A program made the translations under genes and the position numbers. A DNA stretch of 63,975 nucleotides, counting the filler, from Reclinomonas americana ATCC 50394 (lineage: Eukaryota), in NCBI GenBank assembly GCA_048213135.1. It is 9 parts of 5 records of this genome, joined end to end, with 100 filler letters (N's around TTAATTAATTAA, not from the genome) between each part and the next. Parts side by side here need not be neighbours in the genome. Positions count along the whole stretch, not along the records: positions 1 to 25,570 come from PS015159.1; 8 more parts are not named here. One strand, given 5' to 3'. The notes beneath the pieces were generated by a model that was given only the letters and a program-made list of their open reading frames with translations, had not been told where the DNA came from and made no database searches. Position 1 is the stretch's first letter, and the number at the start of each line of letters is the position of its first letter. Positions 1 to 13,519 of this stretch are shown one piece after another.

Positions 1-72
1 GAGAGAGAGAGAGAGAGAGAGAGAGAATAAGCACAGATTTTCGTTGCCATCAAGTAATGAGCGCGCACGCAC

Positions 73-1204
73 CAAGATCGGCGGGACTGGCCACATAATT
101 ACTCGTCGCAGCGATGAATGTGGTGGGCGTACTGCCAACCCCGTTGCCAGCTATCCGACACAGAGAGAATGCTGTGTGACAGACAAAACAAGTCAGTCAG
201 GCCATTGTGGCTTGTGCCCAAAGAAAACAAAAGGGAAACTTGCCTTCGGTGTCGATGGTGAAGGTGACATCGAGAGAGGCATCACCGGGGTCGGTCGCGC
301 GCAGAATGACCTGTGCGAGAGGTTAATGGCGAGAGGAGAGGGGAAGGGAGGAGAAGGAGAAAGAGAGGGGGGGGAGGAGGAAAGGAGAAAGGGAGAGGAG
401 AGGAGGAAGCGAGAGAGAGAGAGAGTCGAGAGGAGAAAACGAGAGAGGGAGAGGTCGAGGGAGGAGAGAGGACGGATGAAGGCGGAGGAAGCGAGAGTGG
501 GAGAAGGGAAAAGGAAGCGAGAAGGAGAGTCGAGAGGAGGAAACGTGAGATGGCGAGAAAGTGAAAAGGGAGGAGGTGGTGGTGGACCAAACGAGAGCAG
601 CGAGAGAGTGAGAGAGAACGCCACCACTTCTCCAGTTGCTCTCACCCACTCTCCTCTCCGTCTCAGCACCACTCCTCGCATCTCTCCACTGCTCAGAGGG
701 GTGGAACAAACGAGACTTCCTTCTCTTTCTCTCTTCCTCTCCTCATCTCCCTCGCACCTGCAACCCCGACCCTGTCAACCCCGGCGCCGCCGCGACATTC
801 GACACCAGTCTATTGGTCGACGCAATGGCAAACTTGGCGGCGTCGGTGCCACCGACGACTGCAATCACATGCAGACCGGCGTCACTCGCATCCGGATCAC
901 TGACACTCACTGTGGCAATCACGTAGCCGCTGGTGGCGAATCCATCGGCGCGGTACGTCGATCGCGAGAGGTAGATGGCAGAGGGAGCAGAGTTGACAAT
1001 GACTGAATGTGTGGGCAAATGCGTGATCATGATTTACGCGCCAAAAATCAGCCATCAGAGAACATGACGGTGGACGCAGTGTGCGTGTGCGTGTGCGTGT
1101 GTGTGAGGGTGATTCCACTCACCAGTGGCACAGACAGTGCACGCGAGAGAGAGGAGCAGCAGCAGCAGCAGTGAGAGTAGTCTACACAAGCGTTCTCTAC
1201 ACAT
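73..1204 (-). CDS. Secreted cadherin-domain protein (5' part; 4 exons seen, runs off the window start)
   Basis: Signal-peptide exon MCRERLCRLLSLLLLLLLSLACTVCAT (ATG 1204), then IVNSAPSAIYLS...VIATVSVSDPD...AAKFAI...LQ|VILRATDPG...LDVTFTI. NxAP, SDPD and ATDxG match the cadherin repeat pattern. Third intron is GC-AG (243-151). Confidence 0.7.
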
Positions 1205-1760
1205 GCTGTGGAAGTCGAACACACACACGCGCACACGTGCACACACACAAACACACACACTGTTGATGCGAGAATGAGTGGGGGTGTGGTGGTCTGACTG
1301 CCGCACTTCTCGCGCGCGAAGTGTGTATGTGAGTTAGTCAGTTCCGTATTAGGCGAGTAGTCGTGCGAATCCATACTTCTGCGTACGTTTCATGGCAATA
1401 AAACCTTGATTGCCACGCACGCAAAGAGCAAATCTAGAGTTGACGATTGTGGTGACATGCGTGAGCCGGTGCTGGCCAGCTGCATGCATGCAGCGTTTGT
1501 CGATTTTCTTCACTCGTCCAGATCATGATCATGATCAGCTCGCTGCGTTGGTGGCCCACCAGCACATGCATGCGACAGTGAACACATGTGGTTTCTTCAG
1601 CATTCGTCTCTCCTTCCCTGCCTGGTACATACACATGTCCCCGCGCAGCGCAAGATTGTTGTCTCTTCATGAATGTGCAGGTGAATCTGGCATGCGCTGC
1701 ACCCCCACGCCAAGCGCACATGTTGTCCAGTGCTCGAACTCCACGACATCACGACTGGGT

Positions 1761-4700
1761 CTACATTCTGTCTCCTCGCCACTCCTCTCCACTATCGCCT
1801 TCGGAGAGGGACGATTCGTCAACATCGTCACACTGCGGTCGCGATTGCGCGGCATTCGCGCCCCCACCGTCGCCACGGGCTCGTCTCACTGAGCGCTGAT
1901 AGTCCGGGTGCTGCTGCAGCGCCGATAGCACCTGGTTGTAGGTCAGACGAGGGAAGCTCACGGGCTGCAGCGGCGCCGCTTGCGCATGCGCTGCTGGCGC
2001 TAGCACCGCCTGCAGCTGCGCGTCAATGTGCGAACTCATTGCAGCGGCTGGCGGCGGTGGTGGTGGTGGTGGTGGTGGTGGTGGTGGTGGTGGTAGTGGT
2101 GGCGGTACTGGTACGGCAGTGTGTGGGGCCGGCCAAGGCTGTGAAGGCGCCGATCGCGAAAGTGGTGGCAGTGCTGGTGGCGGGATAATCACGCGAGATT
2201 GTCGCGCCCACGTCTCAGTGCGCGATGCAGCAGCGCTGGCAGCAGCAGTGGCAGGCACAATGGGTTGCAACACCGTCACGGTGGCCGAGGGCGCGTGAGA
2301 CGAGGTGGGCGTCACGGCCTGTCGCTGTTGTGGGTGGTGTGGATCCGGATTCGAACTCGCACTGCCACCGAGCACGTTTTGCCGCATGGCATTGAACGAG
2401 GCTGCCTCCATCTCTGCTGGCGAACTCGGGCCAGCAGCAATGGCGGCAACGGCCAGAGGGAGAGAGACGCCGCGCTGCGCCACACACATCGCAGCGAACA
2501 ATGAATGTCAGTATCTGAACAAAGGGAAAGAAAAACAATACACACCACGCACAATGAAACAGTGTGTGACAAGCACTCTGTGTGTGCGTTCGTGTGTGTG
2601 TGTGTGCGAGCTAGTGATGTGCGCTCCCAGCGTCCACAAGATGCGAGTCAACCGAAGAACAAAGCAACAAATATGGCGAAAAGCTCTGCCTCTTCGGCGA
2701 AAGGCGCTCATAACTCACCACGAATCGCTCGTCGGGCGACATGCCGGAGTCATAACACACGCGCTTCCCCACGCCGAGGTCTCCGGTGGGCAAGGAGGAA
2801 GGGCGCCGACGGCCTCCAGGCGAATCCGGCGGGCGATGTTTCCGAACATGTTTGTCATGATGGGTTCGAGGTGACTGCTGACGCTTTCTCTGTGGTGGTT
2901 CATCGCTCTCCCGCGCCGTGTCCACTGCAGGCGATGGTGGGCGTTTGCGTCCCTGCTGTGGCCGTGCAGCCGCACTCGCTGCCGCAGGTGGTGGCGGTGG
3001 TGGCGGCGCGGATGGTGGTGGGGTGGTCATGTCTCGCGACAAAGCGATAAAGTATTTGAAATACCAGCCCGCGGGGGAACAGCGCGAATCTTGGACCGTC
3101 CAGCATTTCTCCGTCATCCATTCGATAGCCATTGTCGGACTGCTACTCGGGTACGGGAATATGAGTGGCCGTGGATTCCCAGTTGTCCGCCGCGGAGGTT
3201 ATCACGTTGGCTCCGTTTCGGACTCTTTCAGGATCCATTGGTCGACGTCGCCAATATCTGGCCATGGATGCAGCTTGTCTCTGCTTCGTGGTATTGTCAA
3301 TTGCAAGCAAATTCGAGTTCATTCATCTTCATGCACGATCGACGCAAGGGGAAAACAAGGAGCAATCAGGCAAAGCGAGAGAGAGATAGAACAAAAAAAG
3401 GCACACTCGGCACTTTGGTCAAGCGCACGAGGAGCGAGAGGACTCCTCCTTCTCCAAGGGAAAGGAGGAGGGGAAAATCGACGTGGCCCACACAGCAGCA
3501 GCTCCGACCCAGCAATATAACAAGTAACTGGAATCGATGCACGCGAAGAGGGAGGAAGCAACAACAACTACACCAATTCCATGCCCTCCAATCGGCGCAC
3601 ATCCTCCTCGAACGGAACATGCCGCTTCGGCGTCGGATGCGGCACCTCCGCGATGAATTGCTTCAGTCGGTCGGCGTTGTTGATGTCGGAGGCCATGTCG
3701 CCTCGGTGGGTCAGCGCATGCGCCTGCAGCTGCTTCTTCAGCAGCACTTGGTGGTCGCGAGGCTCGTACCGCGCAGTGGCCATTGCCGTCACGTGACTGT
3801 GGTTGCTGCTGCTGCTGGTGTTGATGGTGTTGGACAGGTGCAGGGCGGTCCGCAGGCGATGCAATGCGCGCTGCGTGTCGAGCGACACTGTTGGGACTGG
3901 TGGCAGTGCGGCATCGGTCCCGCTGCCTGCTGCTGCAGCTGCTGTAGGCGTTGCTGGTGGCGGACCCTGCGGCAACAACGGCGGTAGCGCAAACAACGCC
4001 TGCAACCGTGCACCGCGCACACTGCAGGCGGCGACCGCGTACCGCGCCGACATGGTGCCGTTGCTGGGCAGTCGTGGCAACGGCGTGTATGTGGGATGGA
4101 AAGATGCCGACGGCGGTGGCGGCGGCGGCTTCTTGCTCTCGACCAGTACCACCTCGTGCGGCGAGGCCGGTGGTGAGATCGAGGATGAGATGCTGGACAA
4201 GTCGCTCTCCGGCATCACATCCACACTGCTGGAGCCCGACAGTCCACAGCTGGCATCAGTGTGCGTCGCCGCGCACAGCTGATCAAACTCCCGCCGCCCG
4301 ACCACCATGGGTCCCACTTTCGGTCGGAACCCGCCGGCCATAACCTTGCTAAAGGCCGACTTGCCGAGCGAGCCAGGTGCAGCGACTTCCGCCGCATCAT
4401 CGCTGTCGACCACCACTTGCGGTGGTGGTGGCGTAGTGGCAGTGCTCCTGCACCGCGGTGTTGTCGACAGCAACGGCAGTGGTCCGCCCGTGAGACCACC
4501 GTACACGCCGAATGCTCGTGGCTGAGTGTGCATGACACGTGAGCACTGGACGGAAAGAGGCTCCGCACCGCAAACATGTGATCGACTCACCGTATAGTCG
4601 TCGCTGCTGTCGCAAGCGTCGCACTCGACAGGCCCATTGTAGGTCCACTTGAATGTTCCGTGTGTCGACATGAGCGAGAACTGTGGCGGTGGAACGAAAA

Positions 4701-5113
4701 TGAGCCATCGCTCCCCCCAAGCCTCAACGCGTGCATGTCCTCTCCACTCCTCCGAACCACGCACGCACCTTTGTCTTCTTCGCGCTGGCTGTCGTCGTTG
4801 TCACAGTGGATGAGGTTGTCGTTGGTGGTGCACCAGTGGTTGTCGACGATGACAGAGTGGTGGGCGTCAGAGGTCCATGCTGTTCGCTGGCCTGCGGTTG
4901 CTGATCAAGCTTCCCTCTCCTTGACGACACCTGTCCCGACTCGACTCCCGTGCACGAGGTGCAAGCGCCCATGACAGCAGCAGAAAAACAATGTGCGTGG
5001 ACGTTGGCTTTCCACAACGGGCGTGTGCGTGGTGTTGTGCGTCGAGGCTGTGGAGGGGCACCGAGTGACCTCCGCTTCGCGCGCGTGTCAACACAAAAAC
5101 GATTTCGATGCAT
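1761..5113 (-). CDS. One or two uncharacterised, low-complexity (Pro/Ser/Ala-rich) spliced genes
   Basis: Long open frames 3568-4764, 2611-3132 and 1761-2501 with plausible GT donors (AAG|GTGCGT about 4768, ACG|GTGAGT about 4590). No recognisable domain; gene boundaries unresolved. Confidence 0.35.
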
Positions 5114-5620
5114 GACACCTCTGTTTGACGACGAGCATCGGAGAAACTTGTCGTTTGTATGTGTATGTGCGTGGATTGCAGGTGTGTGTGCGGCAGGATG
5201 GGAGACAAGGAGGGAGAGCGAGAGAGGCACAGGAGAGTGAGAGAGAAAGAGAGACAAAGAGAGGAGGGAGAAAGATCGAGAAAGAGAAGAACACGGGCAG
5301 GACCGCACAAGACAACGTGATCAAGTAGCGGGGACACAAAAGGCATCACTACACATGCATGTGTGCAGACTCGCGTGCGCGACTACCACCACCGCAAAGT
5401 CACGATTTTTTGCCACACTGATGCACGCGACGTTCGTCGTCCACTGCTGCACTCCACTCCACACACACACTCATGCGTACACACCCACACACTCTCTCAC
5501 ACAAACACACATGCACTAAACGCGCACAGCGACAGCCAAGCAACACGCATCACCACCACAAAATCACGATTTTTGCACGCGACGTTCGTCGTCCACCACA
5601 CTCCACTCGACACACACACA

Positions 5621-5651
<31 letters not shown>

Positions 5652-5810
5652 GCACCCTCACACACAGCCAACGACTCATCTTCTCTCGCACAACACGTCA
5701 ATGTCCGCGAAGTCACGCGACCGTTAAACCGCTGCTGATCAATATCGAAAGAATTGGTTTTCAATGACAAGCACACGCCACCAGGCTCGTGCCCCCGCAT
5801 CGCATCACTA

Positions 5811-6451
5811 ATGACCACTCACATGACTCGCTTACCTCGCCACTCACAGACGACGTCCAGTGCTTCGTCGGGAAGCAGCAATGGTCGGCTGCGAGTGACG
5901 ATCGAGTCGTGTCACATTCCGCCCTTTGCCGACGACATGCCTCACGCGTTGCCGATCATTCCGGCCGCTTCCGGCTTGGTCTCTGCCTCGACGGTGCTCG
6001 ATCCGGGAGAGCTGTTGCAGCGGGCGCTGATGGCGGCGGGCGGGCGGCTTATTCGTAGTCGGCAGTCGCGGGAGCGTGTGGCGGTGGTGCTGCGCAAGGC
6101 CGAGTCGGTGGCGATGTTGTTGGATATGTTTTGGTGGATTGTCGCCGATGTGCAGAAGGTGGGGTGGGGAGGGGAAGGAGGAGATGAAGGGGGGAAGAGA
6201 TGAAGGGAAGAGAGAGAGAGACAAGGCAAGCGTGTTGATAGTGTGTTGAAGCTGGGGCGTTGGAGGAGGAGGCGGAGAGGAGAGGAGAGAGAAATGAGAG
6301 ACGACGCGAGGAGATGAGTGAGTGGGAGCAATGAACGATGCCAGTTGTGCAGAAGGTGGATAGGCAGTGGGCAAGAGAATGAACGAGAGATAGGGGGCGA
6401 TAACGGCGGAGATTTGGCATCGTCTTCTCGTGGAGCATATAAAACGTTTCC

Positions 6452-6514
<63 letters not shown>

Positions 6515-9500
6515 NNNNNNNNNNNNNNNNNNNNNNNNNNNNNNNNNNNNNNNNNNNNNNNNNNNNNNNNNNNNNNNNNNNNNNNNNNNNNNNNNNNNNN
6601 NNNNNNNNNNNNNNNNNNNNNNNNNNNNNNNNNNNNNNNNNNNNNNNNNNNNNNNNNNNNNNNNNNNNNNNNNNNNNNNNNNNNNNNNNNNNNNNNNNNN
6701 NNNNNNNNNNNNNNNNNNNNNNNNNNNNNNNNNNNNNNNNNNNNNNNNNNNNNNNNNNNNNNNNNNNNNNNNNNNNNNNNNNNNNNNNNNNNNNNNNNNN
6801 NNNNNNNNNNNNNNNNNNNNNNNNNNNNNNNNNNNNNNNNNNNNNNNNNNNNNNNNNNNNNNNNNNNNNNNNNNNNNNNNNNNNNNNNNNNNNNNNNNNN
6901 NNNNNNNNNNNNNNNNNNNNGGAAAGGGAGCGAGAGATATCGACAGAGAAATGAGAGATAACGAGAAGAAGAGTGAGTGTGGAGAGTGAACGATCTCAGT
7001 TGTGCTGAAGGTGGACGGGCAGTGGGGGAGAATGAACGAGACAGGAGCGATAACGGCGGAGATTTGGCATCGTCTGAAGATGGGCATTACGTATCGGGAA
7101 GACAGAGAGAAAAGCGACTTAGAGATCGTCGCTGGTGTATGGGGCATTGGGAGGAGGAGGCGTTGGGAGAGACGGAGCGAGACAACGGTGATTTGCGATC
7201 GCCTCGTACAGAAGGGAAGATAGACGGTGGAGAACAAACAGTCGAGAGGATAGAAAGAGACAAGCGAGCGAGAGAGAGAAAGCAACAGCAAGGAAGCAGG
7301 TGACGAGCCGTTGTCTATACCGGCAACTTTCTTCACAACCATTTGACTTCTCACCACTTTGCTTCTCACTGCTCCTCTCGTTTCAGCGCCGTGGTCGGAA
7401 CAAGGAGAAGCTGTTTGATCGAGTGGCGCACAACTACTGCACCATGATGCTGCAGATGGATTCGCCGCAGTTCAAGCAACTGTTCGAGGAGGTCCCGCGC
7501 ATGTCTTTTTTGTGTTGTTGCTGCTTTTCGAGACTGATGTTCTCGTGCAGAAACATCCACCCATTCTCGCTCACGCTCTTTACTTGGCGCTCAACGAAGT
7601 TGCGCTGCTCGTTCTCGCGGTCGCGATCGTCGTTCTTTCACGTCGCTCACTCACCTGTTTGTTGCGAGCGCAGTCGTTTCCCGACTCGGCCGCCACGATT
7701 GTCAATCCCGATTTTCAAGAGTACCTGGTCCGACTGGTATTCCAGTGGCTCGTTGGTGCATTTCCATGTTTTTTCCTCTCCTGCGCACGCTGGCTCCTGA
7801 ACCACGAGCGCGCTCCCCCACAGGCATGTCGCCGGCCACATTTGATTTTAGCCCGTGGGCGGGTGATGTGCAAATCGGTAAGTCGCCGCAGAACACTCCC
7901 CTCCTCCTGGATTTCTCGTCTGACCACGGTGCGCCAGATGACACGCTCGCCTCTGCTCTGCGGGGACCCGTGACTTCGGTCATTACGTTTCCTGACACTG
8001 GCACCGTGCGCAAGGAAGAGGTGCTGCTGCTGCCGTCGTACCCCAAGTCATCTCAGAAACATATTTTCCACTGACTCTCTCTCTCTCTCTCTCCTCTTGC
8101 TTCTCAGGTGCAGTCCGTGTCGCCGAGGCCAGCAGGGGCGTCAGTGCGCTTCAGCACATCGCACCTGGCGGCTGGCGACGGCGGCGGAAGCCAGAGTGCG
8201 CGCTCCGCAGCCAGCTCGTCGTCGGTGGTGTCGTCGTCGACAACAACATCGGCGACCACAGCCGCATCCACCATCTCCGATCCACCACCGCCCATGGGCC
8301 ACACTGGAGTCGTGCACTTTGGCTCCAACCCCTCGACCGACACCCTCAGTTTCAATCTCAAGTCCCGCAGTCCGCTGGTCACGCACTTCCTGGCCAAGCA
8401 CAAGTCTCGGAGGAAAGAGCACGCACAGAAGCAAGTGGCGAGTGCGCGACCTCGGCGGTGGAGTGCGACGTCGAGAGATTCGGAACTCACCGTGTCCGTG
8501 TCGATGAAGGAGCAGGAGGATGAGAACTTGATGGTGGTGTGTTCCTGTAGCCAGGGGGCTCGTGCGCTCCTCCTCATCCCTATTTCTCACACGTCGAATC
8601 AGGCGGATCCATATGCGGAACTCGCCAGACTTAGCAGCGGTGGCATGCAGACCTACGTGCCCAGTCTGCCGGGCGCTGAACGGTATGCACTGCCGTCGCG
8701 CGTGACTGTGTGAACGAGTCTGCTGACCCAGTGTTGCTCCCCGCTTGCAGAAGGAAACGCCCAGGCAGCAATGCGCCTGTGCAACTGTCTTCGCGCTCAT
8801 CGTCCACGGTGGACAGCGAGCGGACCATGGTGGAGGTGACGGAGGGAGCCAAGCCGCCACGTGCGCTGTCGACCTCTGCACGACTCAAGGTTCACCGTAC
8901 GAGTGACTCTCTTCCTTGTTCGTGCCACGGTGCCTCACACGCGACTGCAGTTGCAGCGCAATCTGTCTTTCACAGGACTGCGAGGCACAGTCAGCGCTCG
9001 TGATTCAGAGTCATCCGCCACGTCGGTGGTCACCATATCGTCGGCCACCTCGCAGACGGCGACGACGACGACGACGACTACGACAGAGGAGTCGGCGCCC
9101 ACTGCCGCCGCTGCCGCCTTGCCACCGAGACCACCAGCCAGTGCCCTTGTGGTGCGTTTCTTGCCGGCACAATTCTTGCTTGTGTATTCCTGCTCACGCT
9201 GCACACGATGCACAGAACTCTCGCCACCAGCACACCGCGTCGGCACCCCCACCGCAGGGCACGCATCCACATCTTACGTCACAAGCAAGTTTCTCGTCGC
9301 TCTTGTCGTCGCCAAACAGCGGCCAACGGCGACCTTCACAAAATGCGCACATTACCGTAATTGGTCTCTCGGAAGGTGCGTGCACGTTGGATGACGGCTT
9401 GTACGTGCAGCAACTCATCGCACGTGCGCTGCTGTGCCTCACCAGGCCCGCCACCACCTCCGCTGACTCTGGCGGACTTTTTTCCAAGCGAGCCACCGAC

Positions 9501-11438
9501 GCAAGTATCGCAGGTGCTCAATGCGGGAAACGCAACAGGCGAGGAGTCGCTGCCAATGAGTGCGCGCCTTGCCGGAACGTCGATAGAGAATGGCCCGCTG
9601 AGTGGTGAGGGCTATCTCTGTGTGGGAGGACTTCGCTTCCTTGTCGAGCATTTCTTGACATGTGTTGTGCGCAGCTCATCGACCTCTGCGCTCCCGTGAG
9701 GCCACGCTAAAGCCACTGGGTGCGGCTTGCTCGTCGTCGCTGGCAAACACCAACACGGCACGCAACATCACGTGGTCACCAATGACCACAGACGCATTCC
9801 AACAAAAGGTCAAGGTGCAGAACTTGCGCGAACGAAAGCGAGCGATCGACAACCAGGTCAAGAAGATCCTCGCCACCAAGCCAACCGTGTCGTTGCGTGG
9901 CGCACAGACAGCAGGCGAGCGAGGTGACAATCCGCAGGATGGTTTCTGACGTGACGTGTGTGAACACACAGAGAGGTGCGGTCGCTGCGCAAGCAAGTGG
10001 ACCTCGAGTCCGAGTTGTTCAAGCGCCAGTATTTGGCACGGAGAAAGGAGCAACAGGCGAGATCACACGACGAGGCTGTGGTTCGTGGAAACTGTTGTTT
10101 TCCATCCCTCTCCGAAGTCAATAACAATGCACGCAGGATATCATTGCCGAGTTCCTGTTGCTGGTGGAGCGAGTGGTGGAGGCGGGGGCGGACCTGCCAC
10201 GAGAAGAGGCCATCAAGGCGTACGCCCGTTTGATTGACACGAACGGCAAGTTCCAGATCTTCTCCGAGGCCACTCGACTCATGTTGTACGACGTGGTGAG
10301 TTTGGCGATGCGCACTCGCCCCTAACGTGTGCTGTCAATGGGAGTCGCAGCTCACCGCTTGTTTCCTTGTCGTCGTCGCCCGCAGACCGTCAAGTTCAAG
10401 CAGCACCTGGAGGCCGTGTTGACGATGCGCGACTACGAGCTGAGCATGCAGGCGCGTGATCACCTCGTGTATCAGCTACTGGAACGCAAGCGTGGCCCGA
10501 TCAGTGTGGAAATCAATGCCAATGGTGACGCGGTGCCGCCACCCGTCGACGCACCGACGACGGCACGTTCTGCGCGCGACGATGTCACCGGCGGAGACGA
10601 CGGTGATAGTCACGACGACGTGTATGAGCACGCATTCAGTGGCACCCTCGGCGACCCCAAGATGCCCAAGCGCGGCGGTCACGCCCCCGTGCCCGAGTAC
10701 TCGCTGGCACAGCTCATGCAGGCGCTCGACGACTTGGTCGAACACCGCAGTGAGTCGAGCGACGACGACGGGGGCAGCGGCGTGATCGTGGACGACGACG
10801 CCGACGAGGACGACGCCTCATATCGAGTGCCGCTCACCGACCGCCCGACCACGGCCAGCTCCATGGCCTCGTCGGTGCATGAGCGAAAGAGACCCATGTC
10901 GGCCGGAGCGAACACGGGCAGCGGTCGCGCCCACGGTGAACGCAGCGACGGTCCAATGCGCGGACTGCATCGCAACCTGCAATCGCCGTCGCACCTCCTC
11001 ACGCCCGGCCTCACTCTCGACGAGGAGGTGGCACTGGTCGACTACGAGAAGCGCATGCAGGCGGAACGCGAGGCCGCTGGTGGCGGTAGCAGCTCCGGCG
11101 GCCCCGACTCGTCGCGGTCCTCGCGTCGACGTCGCCGTCGCGACCGGGAGCAAGCCGAGGGAGACAGAGGGAGAGCTGCAGACGCAACACCACGCAGCCC
11201 ATCTTCGCCTCTCACTGCTCGTCGAAGCGGCTCACCACGCTTCCGTCTGGAGCCCGATCAGCCCGGCTACGCTCACGCCGTGCAGTTGCGTGAGGAGTAC
11301 TACAAGAAACGACATGCAGAGCGCGTCTCTCGCGTGTTCAGTCAGCAGACCGCTCGCTCCAAGATGAACAACCAGCAAGTGGCGCCACTACCAGCGCGTG
11401 TATTAGCCTCGCTGACCAAGGCACTCAGCGGGCAATAG
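5811..11438 (+). CDS. FAM227-like (FWWh-domain) protein with long low-complexity/coiled-coil C-terminus, multi-exon
   Basis: MLLDMFWWIV ... KLFDRVAHNY ... PILAHALYLALNE|SFPDS...DFQEYLVRLVFQWLVG ... FNLKSRSPLVTHFL fit FAM227 motifs. Start uncertain; TAG at 11436-11438. Confidence 0.7.
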
Positions 11439-11493
11439 CGAATGTAATCCACCAACCAATCCTGTCATTGAAAGAGTCCTGTCGCGTTGGACG

Positions 11494-13365
11494 ATGTCGG
11501 GCAAAGACGAGGCCGAGCGATTGCGACGCAAGCGACGCGCTGACCTAGACGCCGCACAGGTGATCAACCGCTCGCGTTAAGAGTCACTGTGTGTGTGCGT
11601 GTGACTCACACGCGGTGTCAAAGAAACGCGGTTCTGTGCTTCCTGCAGAGGAAGCCGCTGATGATGGAGAGGTGTTCTACCAGTCAGACGAGGAGCTGAA
11701 CGCCGACGACTTTATCGGTGTGTGAGACTCGATGATGCATCATCTCTTTGTTCTCTCTCTACCTCTCACACGACGACTGCAGATCAGTTCACCGGCGACT
11801 CGCTGCTGAGCAACAACGAGGCGCTGACGTTGGTGTCCATGTTCAAGACGTTTCCCACGCGCGCTTATCGCGGGGTTCCACCTGTCGCCTTTCGCCATCA
11901 CGCCTATGCCATGGTCGCCGATCGCACAGCTGTCGATCGATACATTGTACGTCTTTTTATTTCTTCGCCATGTTATAGCCTCCTTGCTGATGGTAAGGGT
12001 GGTCGCAGGAGGACCGCGTCCGATCGGGAGCCTTTCGCGTCTTCAAGCTGCCGCACATGGCTCTGGTGGCTGGCATGGCCGGTGGAGTGTCGACGGCCAC
12101 GGGAGGTGGTGGGTGGAAGGAGGTGCTGGTGGGCGTGGTGCGCACCGAGCAGTACGTGCAGGCGCTGCGAGCGGCGCACAGGAGGCGGGCGGAGGAGGGG
12201 CAATCGTTTGAGGAGTCGGTGTTTGGGCGGTTTGCGGGGCGAGTGTTGCCGGTGGAGCGGGGGTTCACGGTGCGCGAGAGCCGACTGTTTGCGCTGTTGA
12301 ATGGCGACGAAGCCGACGACGATGGTGGTCGTGGGGAAAAGGGAGAAGAGGAGGAGGATGGGGAGCCGGCGAGGAAGCGCGCCAAGACGGCGGCGAGTGT
12401 GCATCCGGCCACCGCCAAGCGGCAGGCAGCGGCCGCCCGCAAGGAGAAGCAGCGGGAGGAGCAGGTGGCGCAAGTGAGGTTGTTGATGGCGGGTGGGTTT
12501 CTGCTGCATGAGGGTGGGGCGAGTGGTGGCGGTGGGATGCAGTATCGGTTTGCGGTGCCAGGTGAGAGGGGAAGGAAATAGGGGAAGGAGGAGGAGGAGG
12601 AGGAGGAGGAGGAGAGGGAAGGTGGATGAGGAGCGGACACGGTTTGAAGTTGCAGCTGGTGGCAGAAATATAGACAGTGAGGAGAGAGAAGGAGCGTGCA
12701 CGGTAGCAAGACGCTGTCGAGTACTGGGTCGCGGTCATGGAAGAGAGAAGAGGAGTGGGCTTGTTTTGCATGTCGCCATAATGACCTTGCTCTCGCAGTA
12801 GCCGCAGCTGGTTCTGTGTTTTTATGAGAGGAAGCAGAGAAGGGAAACGAGCCTCGTTCAGAAATTTTGGTGTTGCTGGTGTCGTGGAAGAGCGAGAATT
12901 GGCACTGGAGCAAGAAGCTTCCAAGAGATTGAAGCTTGCTTGTTGATTTGCAGGAGTTGTCCTGCTTGCCGAAGACTCAGAGAGAGAGAGAGAGAGAAAG
13001 AAAAAGAGAGAGTCAGAGAGACACCCGTGCCCAAGTAACTCACTGCCGCTCACAGGCATTGGTCCCTTCATCGCGGAATACGCGCGCGGTCGGCAGTTGC
13101 TGCTCCGCACGATCAGCAAGGCCAAGTACTCGGAGGTGCTCTTGAGGGTGAGCACGCAGCTCGCAGCAGAGTCGAGTACAACCCACAATGAATCCCTCAC
13201 GCATGTGTGTGTGTTCGCAAGGATCTCGTCAACAAGCCGCCACCAAAACTGCAAGTGGATGTCAAGTTCCTCGTGCGCGATGTGCTCGGCAGCGAGCTGG
13301 TCGAGTCGGTGGAGTCGCCGTCGGGTCCGCTGCTGCGCATCGTCAATCGGAGAGTAAACACGTGA
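11494..13365 (+). CDS. STK19: STK19 homologue (tandem winged-helix DNA-repair factor)
   Basis: Spliced product PPVAFRHHAYAMVADRTAVDRYI...YRFAVP|GIGPFIAEYARGRQLLLRTISKAKYSEVLLR|...LVRDVLGSELVESVESPSGPLLRI matches the STK19 C-terminus. Confidence 0.85.
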
Positions 13366-13519
13366 CGCGGAAAGGAGACGCAAGTGATATGTTCACGGTG
13401 TCCTTCATTCTCTTTCTTTTTCGCGGTGCCCACAGGCCGCACACAACATTACAAAACAACAACAACCATGGTGGCGATCCATGAAAAACTCGCGGAGGAG
13501 TTGTAGGAATCCGAGGCAC

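Noticed and set aside
3100-3300. In-frame stops suggesting an alternative genetic code
   Set aside because: Conserved genes end at TAA, TAG and TGA and have no internal stops once spliced; this stretch is probably intronic, UTR or intergenic.
6340-7080. Repeated gataacggcggagatttggcatcgtct block flanking a gap
   Set aside because: An intronic degenerate repeat with only two visible copies and no unique spacers or cas genes; not CRISPR and no clear transposon ends.
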